Part shown: piece after piece, positions 50,201-61,456 of the stretch
How the letters are laid out: every line of letters starts with the position of its first letter
Position numbering within the stretch: position 1 is the first letter of the stretch
NCBI GenBank assembly: GCA_043228905.1
Contig: JBHGNT010000135.1
Location: forward strand, 1-64,000
DNA length: 64,000 bases
Direction: 5' to 3'
Source: Azolla caroliniana
Lineage: Eukaryota > Plantae > Polypodiophyta
Program-made: the position numbers and the translations under genes
The notes under the pieces: generated by a model
The model's input: the letters and a program-made list of their open reading frames with translations, nothing else
Database searches by the model: none
Told to the model about the DNA's origin: nothing

Positions 50201-52696
50201 ACATTTTAACTTGTACGTAATAAGCCTTAAACAACTCAAACAAGTTGCATGGTGAACAAGAAATCAATGATTTGAACTTGCCAATTACTACATTAATGAG
50301 TACAAGAGGGACACCAACAAACAAAAATGTTTTAGTCATACTTCAATACTAAGAAATTCGAGGATGTGTACTTGTTTATGCCCTCGGACTTTGTGTATGT
50401 ACACATATTTCAAATTGCGTGCTTCTTTGTGTGTATGCACAATATGTAACAACCCTCTTCTTATTAACCCTTAGGAAAGGCTAGAAGGTGAGTTTTAAAA
50501 CCTCATTAAAATGTGACACAAAAGGTTATAGGTTGAATAGCAAAAGTTAAACCGCACATGGGCCAATGACAATTCTGTTGACATATGTGAACTTGTTATG
50601 GACAGGAGAAGTCATTATTGACATATGAAAAGTTTACTGTCTCTTTTAAGCAGAGGGTTGAGGGAAACATAAAGCTCAAGGTTGTTTCCTTGATTGGGCT
50701 TTCATAAATGATGCCTACATTTATGAACTCTATAAATCATTCTTTATTTACCCTTTTAATTTCTATTTCACACCCAAATCCCTAATCGACAATGCACATT
50801 TGTAATTTGGCTAAGGTCATTTCAAGAATTCCTCTCATTTATTATGTGTGTATTTTGAATAACTCCTAGCAAGCTAGAATACAATGTATATGTATGCATG
50901 TAATTTGAAGTACACCTTTCGTACTACATATATTGAATAACATAAAGAAAGGGCTTTCAAAAACCCCTTATCATTAGCTCTTTGTTGTGCTTAATACCTT
51001 AAAATGCATGAAGAAAAAACAATGTTTTATTCAATTGTACTTCTAACAAGGGGAAGTGATGTCTTTGGATTTTCAGATAGGTTTGGAACTAGAGAGTCAC
51101 ATGTGGTTGGGAATTCTTATGTGGATATGATGAATAAAGGTCATTTCATCAAAGATACAATTGTGATATCAAAATTAAGAGAAGTGGGCACACAAATTAC
51201 ATCAGTTGATGGTTCAACAAGCACATCAAGGTATTTATTACCGTCCACCTATTTCTGCTTATAACGTGTCTTTGATAATAATTTTGAATGTCATTAGTAT
51301 ATTGTTTTATCCATGTTTCTTCCCTTGGAAACAATGTTGTGAGGTCTAGTAAATATATGTTTTGTTACTCCAAAGACACACTAAGGCATGCTAAGATAAA
51401 TACGTACTTCATTTTACGTCTTTCTACATATTGATGTTCAATCATCTCATGCTCAAAGACATAGATGGAGAGAAACTAGATTTGGTCCTTCCCATCATGT
51501 TGTGTCAAATCCCATATACATTGTAATGAGAGTAATGGTACCAAAGGCACGAAGATATTTCTGCTAGAACATATTAAGTTGACACAACAATGTGCATGAA
51601 GTTACCTATGCTTATATAATACTTCATCTACTTAATGACCTTGATTATATAAAAGTTTGTTGATGTTAGTGATATTTCTTCCATGATCTAATTCCATAAT
51701 CAAGCACACTAAGATAATAGATAGACACATGAGTTCAAATGATAAGAGGAAAAACTTTTATTTATTCTCTTTCTAGTGTACTTATACATGTGCCTCTTAT
51801 GGGGTTGGTGCATGTATGGGTAAGACTTATACATGTGTGTGAGAGGGATTAAATCGAAGTTGATAATGATGCACAGGTACCCATCAAAAAATGGAAGCCC
51901 AATCATGTCCCCAGCGAGGCATAACACACCTGCACGAATACGATCCATGCGGCTAAGTAACAATAGTGACAACAATGCTTTACATCAACAAATGCATGAA
52001 TATAGACTAGATGTAGAGGAAGTGGTGTATTGCCATCGAGCTAAGTTGGAGTTGCAAGAGTTGTCAGAGGGTGAGCACATAGGGCAAAGCTTCCATTGGA
52101 CCTCTCGTGAAGCCGAGGAGGCCGATCTAAGCACCAGCTTACGCCATTATGACAATTACCATAATGACATTGACTATATTTCAATCCATCCCAAGCTTGC
52201 TAAGTATCTCTCTCTCTCTCTCTCTCTCTCACTTGCACAATAATTTATCCACATCACATGTATGTATGTCATTACTAAACATTATTTATAATGCATTATG
52301 TTCTTGTAGATTGCGACAAAAAGAAGAGAAAATAGAGGCATGGGAGAAACATACCAAGGAAAAGGCTAATGCTCAATTGAAGAAGCTTGAGGTAAGTAAC
52401 AATAGCTAAATAGAACATCTTCAAATAATACCAAACGTATAATAAATGCATAATTTTGATTGTTTCTCATGTGATAAATTTGTTATGTCTAGGAACAACT
52501 AGAGAAAAAAAGGGTTGAAACCACCAATAAGATACTAGAAAAACTCGCTATAACTCGAAGAAAAGCAGAAGAAAAGCGTGCTAGTATACTTACCCAACAA
52601 AAGAAAGTCTTTGTGAAGCCTCAAAGGCATCGGAGAAGCCCTTCCCCTTCCCAAACAATTAAAGGTTTATGCTTTAATTTCATTGCAGAACCATAA
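47203..52696 (+). CDS. Remorin, group-6-like (long disordered N-terminus + Remorin_C); exons 47203-47305, 48314-49330, 51077-51230, 51877-52203, 52310-52391 and 52493-52696, ~628 aa
   Basis: Motifs SKWEDADKWI, REVGTQIT, SPARHNTPA, WTSREAEE and KIEAWEKHTKEKANAQLKKLEEQLEKKR..KLAITRRKAEEKRA, ending GLCFNFIAEP*. All five GT-AG introns are phase-consistent (1887 nt). The first exon is least certain; the ATG at 48307 is an alternative start. Confidence 0.88.
49426..49760 (-). mobile_element. Gypsy-like 3' end (PPT + short LTR) antisense in remorin intron 2
   Basis: The minus strand reads GGGGACAAGCGGTTTCCTTTAAAAAGGGGGGGG (polypurine tract), then TTT, then TGATGTG.. (49637) through ..GTTAACA (49426). 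Confidence 0.45.
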
Positions 52697-54061
52697 AATT
52701 GCCCTCTCACTACAAATATTGATGCACCATATTCATTTTTTTTGTATCACAAAACATGTGCTTTGTACAATGTCATCGACCTATTGTATAACACCTCTAA
52801 AATAAGGTTCATGTGCTAACAATTTAACTATTTTTTTTGTATTCGTTCTTTGACGACGATGAAGAATTATATAATTTAGCTACTGATTGATGTGACATTA
52901 GTAAAAAGATGCCCCACATTTGCTAAAACGTTGTGGAATTTTTTAATTTGCCACTTGGTAATATTTATACAAGATATCTCTCTATATAATTTCTTCAAAT
53001 ACACATGGATCAAAAAGGAAAGGATCGATTATTAAGAAAAAATTACCAATCACCAAGTTGGCTTGCCCATTAAGGGCCATGTAAATGTAGGTCAAGTGAA
53101 TATCTAACTAGATCTACTCAATAAGTTTTTGTTGTTTATTTTGGAAGGCCTTCTTTTAATCTTTCAAACACATACCAACACTCATTAGTTGATTTTCAGT
53201 TGTTGGTTTGAAACTAGTTGTCCCAATTCCCACCATCTAGAATTCACACTATCCCCTACCATTTGGTACATGATCAATGTTGAGGTAGTATCATATATCC
53301 ACTTCCCCACATTCTCTATTTGCATTACATTATTAATATAGGTACATGATGTACTTGAGCATTTGAGAGTGAGTTGGTTTCAATAAGGCAAACATTGTTT
53401 GTCCAAACTTCATCACCATGCTAGTCATGTGTCTCATGAACTCAATAATCATGGTACTAAGTTTCAATACATTAACCTGAGCTAAACACACAATATGAAA
53501 TTTGAAAGACAGAAGTTTCCTAAATGTTCTAGCTCGTTTTGTCATAACTATTTGGCAAGTTTTAGGAACCATAAAGGTTAATTCACTCTTGATCCAAAAG
53601 AATATAATATGGGTTTATATTTATGATATAATGTGACTCAAACAACATAATTAAATTACATGAGTTAACTCGATAGAATGGTGAATTCTATTACCAAGCA
53701 AGTACATCACATTGCACACCTCGTACCATCATTGACTTACTTTAATGATATATTATCGCATTTATTTCTTGAGAACACTAAGCCTTGTACTTGTGAAGTT
53801 CATGAAGGCCATCTCCGACGTCAAGTAGATGTTACTACATATACATATACATACACATTATACCAATAAAAACCATCATGATGGAGGAAAAATGGAATGG
53901 GAAAGGTTAATACATTGATATCAATTATTGGGAGTGCAGCAAATATCTCTAGTAGGTATTGTAAATCTTGTCAAATAAATTATACACATAGCCATTGCTT
54001 TTTAGGAGGATGGTTGCATGGCTTTGTTATAAGTGGTGCCATGGAGTCACATTGTAGATTG

Positions 54062-54375
54062 TTTAAAATAAGATAGCGGGGGCCCTAGATGGCATTACCA
54101 TTTTTCAAGAACAGGGTCTGATATATTAGGAAAGTTTCTCCATCAACACCTTGCTCGTTGTATCTATGTTGAAGAGTTGATCACTCAATCATGTGTTTAT
54201 AGGCTTTTATAAGGCAATGCCATTGAGCCACATCGTAGGTTTTTTAAAATAAGATAGAGGGGGCTCTTGATGCCATTACCAATTTTCAAGAACAATATGT
54301 GATAATATTAGGGAAGTTTCTCCATTAAAACCTGGTTCATATCTACGTTGAGGGTTTATCACTCAACGTGTTTGT
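54062..54375. repeat. Diverged ~180-bp tandem duplication
   Basis: TTTAAAATAAGATAG.GGGGG..ATTACCA.TTTTCAAGAACA..AAGTTTCTCCAT..ATCACTCAA occurs twice. Confidence 0.8.
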
Positions 54376-56538
54376 ATCTTTTTGTTGTTGATGAAGGTTG
54401 ATTCACTGTGAAGCCATGGTAGATTGTAGTGATTGACTTGCCTCTCAACCATATGCTAAATTTGTTGAGCCAAGCACAATGGGCAATTGCTTAGCTTGAA
54501 AGAATGGACCACCAAAGTGGGATGTTAGGAGCTTGTTAATATGAGGTTGCACTAAATCCCATAAGCTAGACATCCCTACATCTTATTTGGTGTTTTGGTC
54601 ACAACCATAGAACCAAGAAAAGGACATGCAACGACCTGTAAAGTCCCTCTCTCTATACTCATGTCTTTATCAAATAGTCAAAGACTCATGAGATCAATGT
54701 GTACATGAACTCTTGAAATTACATAGAAATTGCTTTCTAGAAACTACATATAACAATTTCCTTGTTCACTATGAGAAATTGCTCTCTAAAATTTTGTGTT
54801 GTCCTCTTCTTTTTGTACACTACAATTTAGCTCATGCTATTCAATATATCTATACTTTGAAGGATGTTTTTCGTCCCTCCACTAACGATCTCCAATGGAA
54901 TAGAGAAGTCTATTTTATGTTATTGTGTCAATATACAATCCATTACTTGTATCACCACACGTGTATCCATTTGGAACAAAAACGACACTTAATCATCACT
55001 GCACTTGTCGACAGGAAGTCTTTTCACTATTTTGTTATTATGTTTTAGTATTTTAGCAGTAAATAAAAATATCTTTAAATACCATGAGTCATGACAATCT
55101 ACTGGACTTTTACAACCAAATACACTCAATTAGGAGATTGTTTTCCCGTTATTCCATGCAAGTGTCAAATCATATACAAGATTTCACTATCAAGTGACTT
55201 TCCCCATGCTCGTTATTACATTTGAAAATATTCAAAACATTGACCTAGTTCATTTGATTGTGCACTTGATGCTCAGTTACAAAAAGAACAACGTCAAAGT
55301 TGTGAATTGTGATACTCAACAAAACAAAAACCGTGCAAAGTTCAAATTGTATACACTTCATGAAAAAGATCCCATCATTCACTAACATGATGATTGAAAT
55401 TTACACGGTGTCATTAGGAAATATTAGTAAAGAGAACAATATCATATAGATACACCTCAACAATCATTACAACCTTCATCGTGGTCCATTGTTTTCCTTC
55501 CTGATTTCTACCACTGTTGCTAGTTCATATAGGATCATTTCTCATCACCTTGAATAAGTATCAATGGCTTTTGTATTCAAGCATTAATTATAAATCCGAC
55601 AAAGTTATACATTTCTCTATATAAAAGCTTTGAATTTGTGTTCTCTCATTGGTAAAATATTTTATCTTGAACCTTGTTAAATGTTCATAATCAACATTTC
55701 CCCATATATAAAAATATTTTAACATTCCTTCTTAACATAGAGTCGTAGCTTTCAAGCCCTAGCTTCATTTATTGGTTGTATTCTCATAGCTCTCTTGCAC
55801 ATATTCATGAATGATGGCTTGGAAGCGAGTACATTGCATGGGAACGAATGTGATTAGGGATAGGCTTTGCCTTTTGCATGGGAACAAATGGGATAGGTTT
55901 AGGCTTTGTGTTTTGGATGGGGAGTTTTTGCGGTTGGGCATATAATGTAATTGTACCAAATAACACGATGAAACCCATGCATTCCAAAGTCTTCAGACAA
56001 ATTTTATTTATTTCTCTACATAAACCTAGATTTTTGTGAAAGTTTATGTACATGAAAACTGTCCATCTTAAAAAAATTTGGCTACAGCTAGGGAATGGCT
56101 GCCATTAGAGCTTGAATTTGCTTTATGGATGAGAAGCATCTTTTTGATTGGACGTATAATGTACTTTACCAACAAAAAATGTGAAAATTTGCATTCCAAA
56201 AGTTTTTGATAAATGTTTTTATAGGTCACTTTGTTTCAAACTAGAGCTTCATGAAACTTTATATGCATAAAAAACAAGACCATGTTAAAAAAACTAGAAA
56301 AAAGGCCGTCACAGGCAAATAATTTGATTCATTGAATAAGTTTACATTGAGCCTTGGCTACTGAATGGAAGGCAAAAACCATAGTATGAACCATACGTAC
56401 CATACATGCACTCGCATTCGAGAATGTTTCAATCATTCGAGTATGGTAAACACCCAAGAAGTATGGTAAATACCATACTTTTGTATTCATTATTTATTAT
56501 AAGGTAAGAAAGTTAAGGTAAAAAGTGATTAAAAAAAA

Positions 56539-56850
56539 GTTAAGGAATTATCAACCACCGCGGTGGCTGTTCCCTCCAAGTGTTCCTAACATCTAGATGG
56601 GTGTTGCCATGAGGAGCGAATGGAGGACATCTATGCTGAATTCTGTTTTGTATGAGGCTCACGTGGAGAATATGTGTTCGAGTAATGCTATACACATAGA
56701 ATGATGTGGTGTTTTGGAGTTGTTTTTTTTATGTTGTTTCATCTACACATTGTTTTCCTTTGACATGCAAGATGTCTTGTAAGATATGAGTTGTAAATGA
56801 TTCCTTTGACATTCTTAACTAATGGAGGTAGATGTTTTTGGAAATGGAAA
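56539..56850 (+). mobile_element. L1-like LINE 3' fragment (family B) nested in the hAT MITE
   Basis: Homologous to 18350-18610 and ends TAACTAATGGAGG..AAAA. Flanked by the direct repeat AAAAAGTGATTAAAAAAAA (56520-56538 and 56851-56869). Confidence 0.75.
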
Positions 56851-56869
56851 AAAAAGTGATTAAAAAAAA

Positions 56870-57169
56870 GGGAAAAGTACCAGGATACCCCTGGAAGTTC
56901 GTCTATTTACCAGAATGCCCCTGGAAGTTCCAAATTGACCAAACTACCCCTATGTCCAAAAAAATACACTTTATAAAGTAATTATACACTCAAATCCTTG
57001 GTAAATAGGGCTAGTTTGGGTCCATTTCTTCCATCTTTGGTAAATAGGGCTTGTAGATTTGAGTGTATAATTACTTTATAAAGTGTAATTTTTTGGACAT
57101 AGGGGTAGTTTGGTAAATTTGGAACTTCCAGAATAGATGAACTTCCAAGGGTATCCTGGTACTTTTCCC
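56870..57169. mobile_element. Mutator-type (MULE) MITE, 300 bp, long TIRs
   Basis: GGGAAAAGTACCAGGATACCC...GGGTATCCTGGTACTTTTCCC with ~110-125 bp inverted arms. Exact 9-bp TSD TAAAAAAAA at 56861-56869 and 57170-57178. Confidence 0.92.
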
Positions 57170-59679
57170 TAAAAAAAACATAAGAACGTTTTGATAACAT
57201 ACGCATTTGTTTTCAACCGTATGAAAAAGAATGTTTTCCAAATACATTCGAGTATATTACATACTATGGCAAAAACTATAGGAATTTTTAGACTTTGGTT
57301 GGATAAGTAGGAGTTATTTAACATAATCATATCAATATGTGCTAAAGTATAATATGAATGTATTGCCTTTCTGCAACTTATTTACTGCTATATAGTGATT
57401 TGAATTATTTTTAATAATTGTTGTTGTAAAGCTTGTATTTTGCACATAAATCTTGCGGCTAGTCCCAAACAATGAGTTTGATGCAACAACCATTCTATAA
57501 ATATAGTATAACTATAAGATGAAATCATGCATTAAAAAAGTTTTTATAGTTTAAGACCATGGAGTAAAATGAACTCTTCATCATGTTGGTTGGAGATAAT
57601 GCACCATAACAACTCTTCATCTTGTTGGTTGGCATCGGAACATTGATATTGACATATTTTCAATTATATGTATTAAACAATGTGAAGGAAGCCTTCTTAA
57701 TAAAGGATACATTTGAACGAGATATAGTGAAATATAAAAATGCAAAGCATATGAGACTCTAATGAATCGAAGGATAATAACATTGAAATCCACTAAAAGC
57801 AATGGCCTTTGTTATTTACAAAAGCAACATGAATATCTACACTAAATTTACATAGAGAAATCAATTCGGAAAGAAAATATGGAAAACTTTCCATCTATAT
57901 ATATATATCATGTGATAAACATTGTCAAGAGAGGAGGCTAACATATTAGAACTATATTCCTAGTTTTTGGCTTTACAAACTACCAACAAGGACCATATGC
58001 TAGAGAACGATTTATTACCTCTAAGTGGCAACACTAACAAGTCATTATATGCAAAGTACAACATGCATTGCCAATTGTTTCAAAAGTAGTGATGATTTAA
58101 CCTTCATAAACCTAGAGGAATTAGTTGTGAATAAAATATAGGCTTTACAATACCAACTCAGCCTCTCAAATAGTGGTTTGTCTTATCACATGATTGGGAA
58201 GAACACTCCAATTTCTCTTTTATCTCAACCAACGGATGGTACATTTCGTTAAGCAACACGAAAATGACGTAAACTTTAGGGTCTTATATCATGATACTTT
58301 GATAAGAGATACAAAACATATTTGGTCAATCATATTCTCCTAGTCTATAGAGTGTATACCTTTATTCATATTATTTAATATTGGGAGGCTTTTGTCTATC
58401 ATAACTTTGCATTTTTATAACCAGCAAAACAATCTAGTCTTGTTATTTTATATTCCATAGATTCCTTTTGTCTTTCTAGTCCCCCCTAGCATATTTGATT
58501 TTACCTATAATGGGTTCCCATAAAAGTTGACAAATTAGATAAAGTCATATAATGCGTTTCCAAGCCACCAAATAACTAGTGAGCATGTGTCCTCTAGTAA
58601 ATATGCTTTTAGGCATGTTGCACCCTACAATTTAGACCCCAATCTCATTCTACGCCTTTATGGAAAGACAAGCATATGAGATGCTCTTTTTTCCCAAGCA
58701 AGGGATCCGTGCAGCCTCGTAAATGAAGTGGAGATAGATAGCATATTAAAGCTATTAATAATTCCTCTTACTCTTAGTGGACCTCTTATTAGTAGGGGTT
58801 TTATTGAATAAAATGTATCCATAACTCTATATCAATTTGGCTGTTTTTGTTTCATAAGTACGAATTTCTTATATTATCATGTTTGGACATACACACAAAA
58901 TGTCTTATGTATTTCAATGGGATTTGTTAAAAGGTGAAACCAACATTTTTTCTAAAGAGATTGAAAGATGAAAAAGTATTGTGAACTCGTTGTTGGTCGT
59001 CAAATAGATTTGGTAGATGTGGTGGAAAAAATGTTAAGAATTAAGATAAAATTCTATTGAGGATTCATTATATGCATCACATAAATGACTAAAAGTACAT
59101 TTGTAGAAGATCAAAACACACTATGTTGCGATCCACAATGGTACTAACATACATCAACACCCTCTGAGTGCACATCGCTTTTTGTGTGCATGAACCAACT
59201 ACGAAGGTTGATTGTGTAGCTAAGGTCAAGCCATGTGATTATCATGCAGATCAAATTGCTGACAATACTCCTATAATGTGATGGTTTGTGAATCATAGAG
59301 ATCGAGTCCATATGAAAGTTTAGGTTTTTAGTCAAGCAAGGTTGTGTTCAGCTTGCTTGTAGAGCAAATCTAATCTGAGATGTAATTGCATGGGGAAAAT
59401 AAAATCTCATGTAATTTCACCTCGAATTCATTAAGGAAAAATCCTTCACTTTCTTAATGTATACAAAGTGTTCTCTTCCAATCACTAGGTTGTCGACACA
59501 CAAGAGAATAAGCAACATGAGTTTTTAGAGTACGCTTGTGTGTAGAGTAAAGTGCCTAACTTGGACATCAAAAGCCAATGGTTTTTAGGTACTACATGAG
59601 CTTCAAGTGCCACAAGTTTGGTGCTTGGTTATATATAGCTTTATGAATTGACATATTGTGCAAGCATGGAATTCTGAAT

Positions 59680-60136
59680 TGAATCCCAATGGTTTGCATA
59701 TGTAGACCTCCGGTCCCTTTCAAAAACAACATACGTCACATCCATTTCATGGAGGTGCCACACCTTTGCATCCACTAGCACTAACGTGGTTCACATGGTC
59801 ATCAATTTGCAATGGGGGCAAAGTGGTGAATGTTGTGAATTTATGATGTAAATAGGATAAACTAGAGGGAAGTCCAAATGGCCAACCTAGTGTGCACCCT
59901 CAAAGTAGAAGTATGAATACGAGACATTTGAAATTTGAAGGGTTGTATGTTGCTTTGTAGACTTCAAGAATGCTTTTGATGAGGTGCCTTTTGTACATGT
60001 TTGAAGATGTATGGAAGACCCATTACTACTTGAATTTATGCATACAATTTATAACATATACACATCTATGAGAATTTGATATGTCTTACATGTGTAAGAG
60101 CTTAATTTTCAAATAGTTTCACTAGCATTACTGGTG
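59680..60136 (+). mobile_element. Non-LTR reverse-transcriptase relic (RTE/CR1-like)
   Basis: CCFVDFKNAFDEVP at 59948-59989 matches the RT motif FVDFxKAFDxV. SFTSITGV just before the L1 tail resembles the run-up to GVKQG. The left boundary is approximate. Confidence 0.55.
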
Positions 60137-61456
60137 TTTTTTTTCCTTCCAAAATGAAGCTACTTTCCCATTAATTAGGTAAGATTATTACAAAGAGACT
60201 GTACAAGGAGGCTTAAGCATAGATCGGGGAATCCCCCTCTGATCAAGTCCTAGAAATTGAGACTAGTTACATCGCCTTTCGGACGGACTACTTAGTGTAA
60301 GTACCTACAGCTAAAACAGTGCCATGTAGTGATGGCTAGCATGAGACAACTCTTGGGGTTGACAACAGAGGGAGGGTGGTAAGTGATAGTTCCACCTCGG
60401 GCCACTTCCTCCTTGTGTCACCATAGGCGTGTTCCACCATTTCTACCAAATGCGCAAACAGGCAATATCCACGTCAGAGGAATGGCTGCAAACCTCGTCC
60501 AATTGCCCTCGTAGACAGCTAATAAGCGCAAACCATATGTCCATGATCACTTCCTCCGGGGGTCGCACCAGATCCTGGAAGACCTTTAGGCAGCCGCTTT
60601 CCATACGTACCACAGGGTGAAGCCTGCGATCAGCATCCAAATGTCCAGGCACCTAGGGGATGCGGACTGCAAGCCTCTCTCAAATCGAATCTTGGAGATT
60701 TTTCCTCGCATGCATACATAGCACCGGCTATCCGCATTGAAGGCGTTCGTCCACCTATCACCAGAATGATCTTGAGCCATGCCGCAACACTCCACGATGT
60801 TGATCCTTCCACTTCACATGCCACAAGGAGGCGAGTCACTCTATCCCATACCTTTTGAGTGTGAGGGCAATCCCATAGACAATGCCTCAGAGTCTCAATA
60901 GGTGAATGGCAAAGTGGACAGCCTAACGGGCCGCCACGTTTACCTAGCCATTCGCCAACGGGAACCACATTATGCCCGATTTGCCACCAAAAAAACTTTA
61001 TCTTTTCCGGCAAGTGGAGACGCCAGAGACCCTTCCAAAAGGTAATGAGCACCTCATCAGGGATGCCCAATGTACGCCAGCCATTGCGTAAGGGACCGTC
61101 TAGCTACAGTTGAAAAGCCCGACCCAGTTTAGTGTTGTACTCGAAGAAATGGCGAAATCTGCCATCATGTTTCCACCTGAAATCCCCTGGGTCTCATTCT
61201 AGTTCGACAAGGGAACGACAACCATATACCCATAACTTCCAATGGGGTTCCACCTTAGCAACATCCGGGTCTGTCTTCCAGATGTTACCAACTTGCGCCA
61301 CCATGCGAATAGGGTACCAAGAACCCCTACTCTGACTCTCCCCAAAAATCTTATCTCTTCCCGATCCGTTCACGCCCTTCAGCACCTTAACCCTTCCAGC
61401 CTCATCAAAGAGACCGAACCAAGCATCTTCACTCTCATTTACTCTCATTTACTCTC
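60137..61456 (-). mobile_element. L1-like LINE 3' portion (family A) with zf-RVT domain, frameshifted
   Basis: FWKGLWRLHLPEKIKFFWWQIGHNVVPVGEWLGKRGGPLGCPLCHSPIETLRHCLWDCP is a plant L1 zf-RVT. The 3'UTR matches the copies at 20 and 22 kb. Poly-A tail (T8 at 60137-60144). Confidence 0.9.

Larger units (their letters stand above)
56380..57268. mobile_element. hAT-type MITE interrupted by two nested insertions
   Basis: TIR CATAGTATG...CATACTATG. Exact 8-bp TSD GCAAAAAC at 56372-56379 and 57269-57276. Both arms match the intact copy at 41635-41897. Confidence 0.9.
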
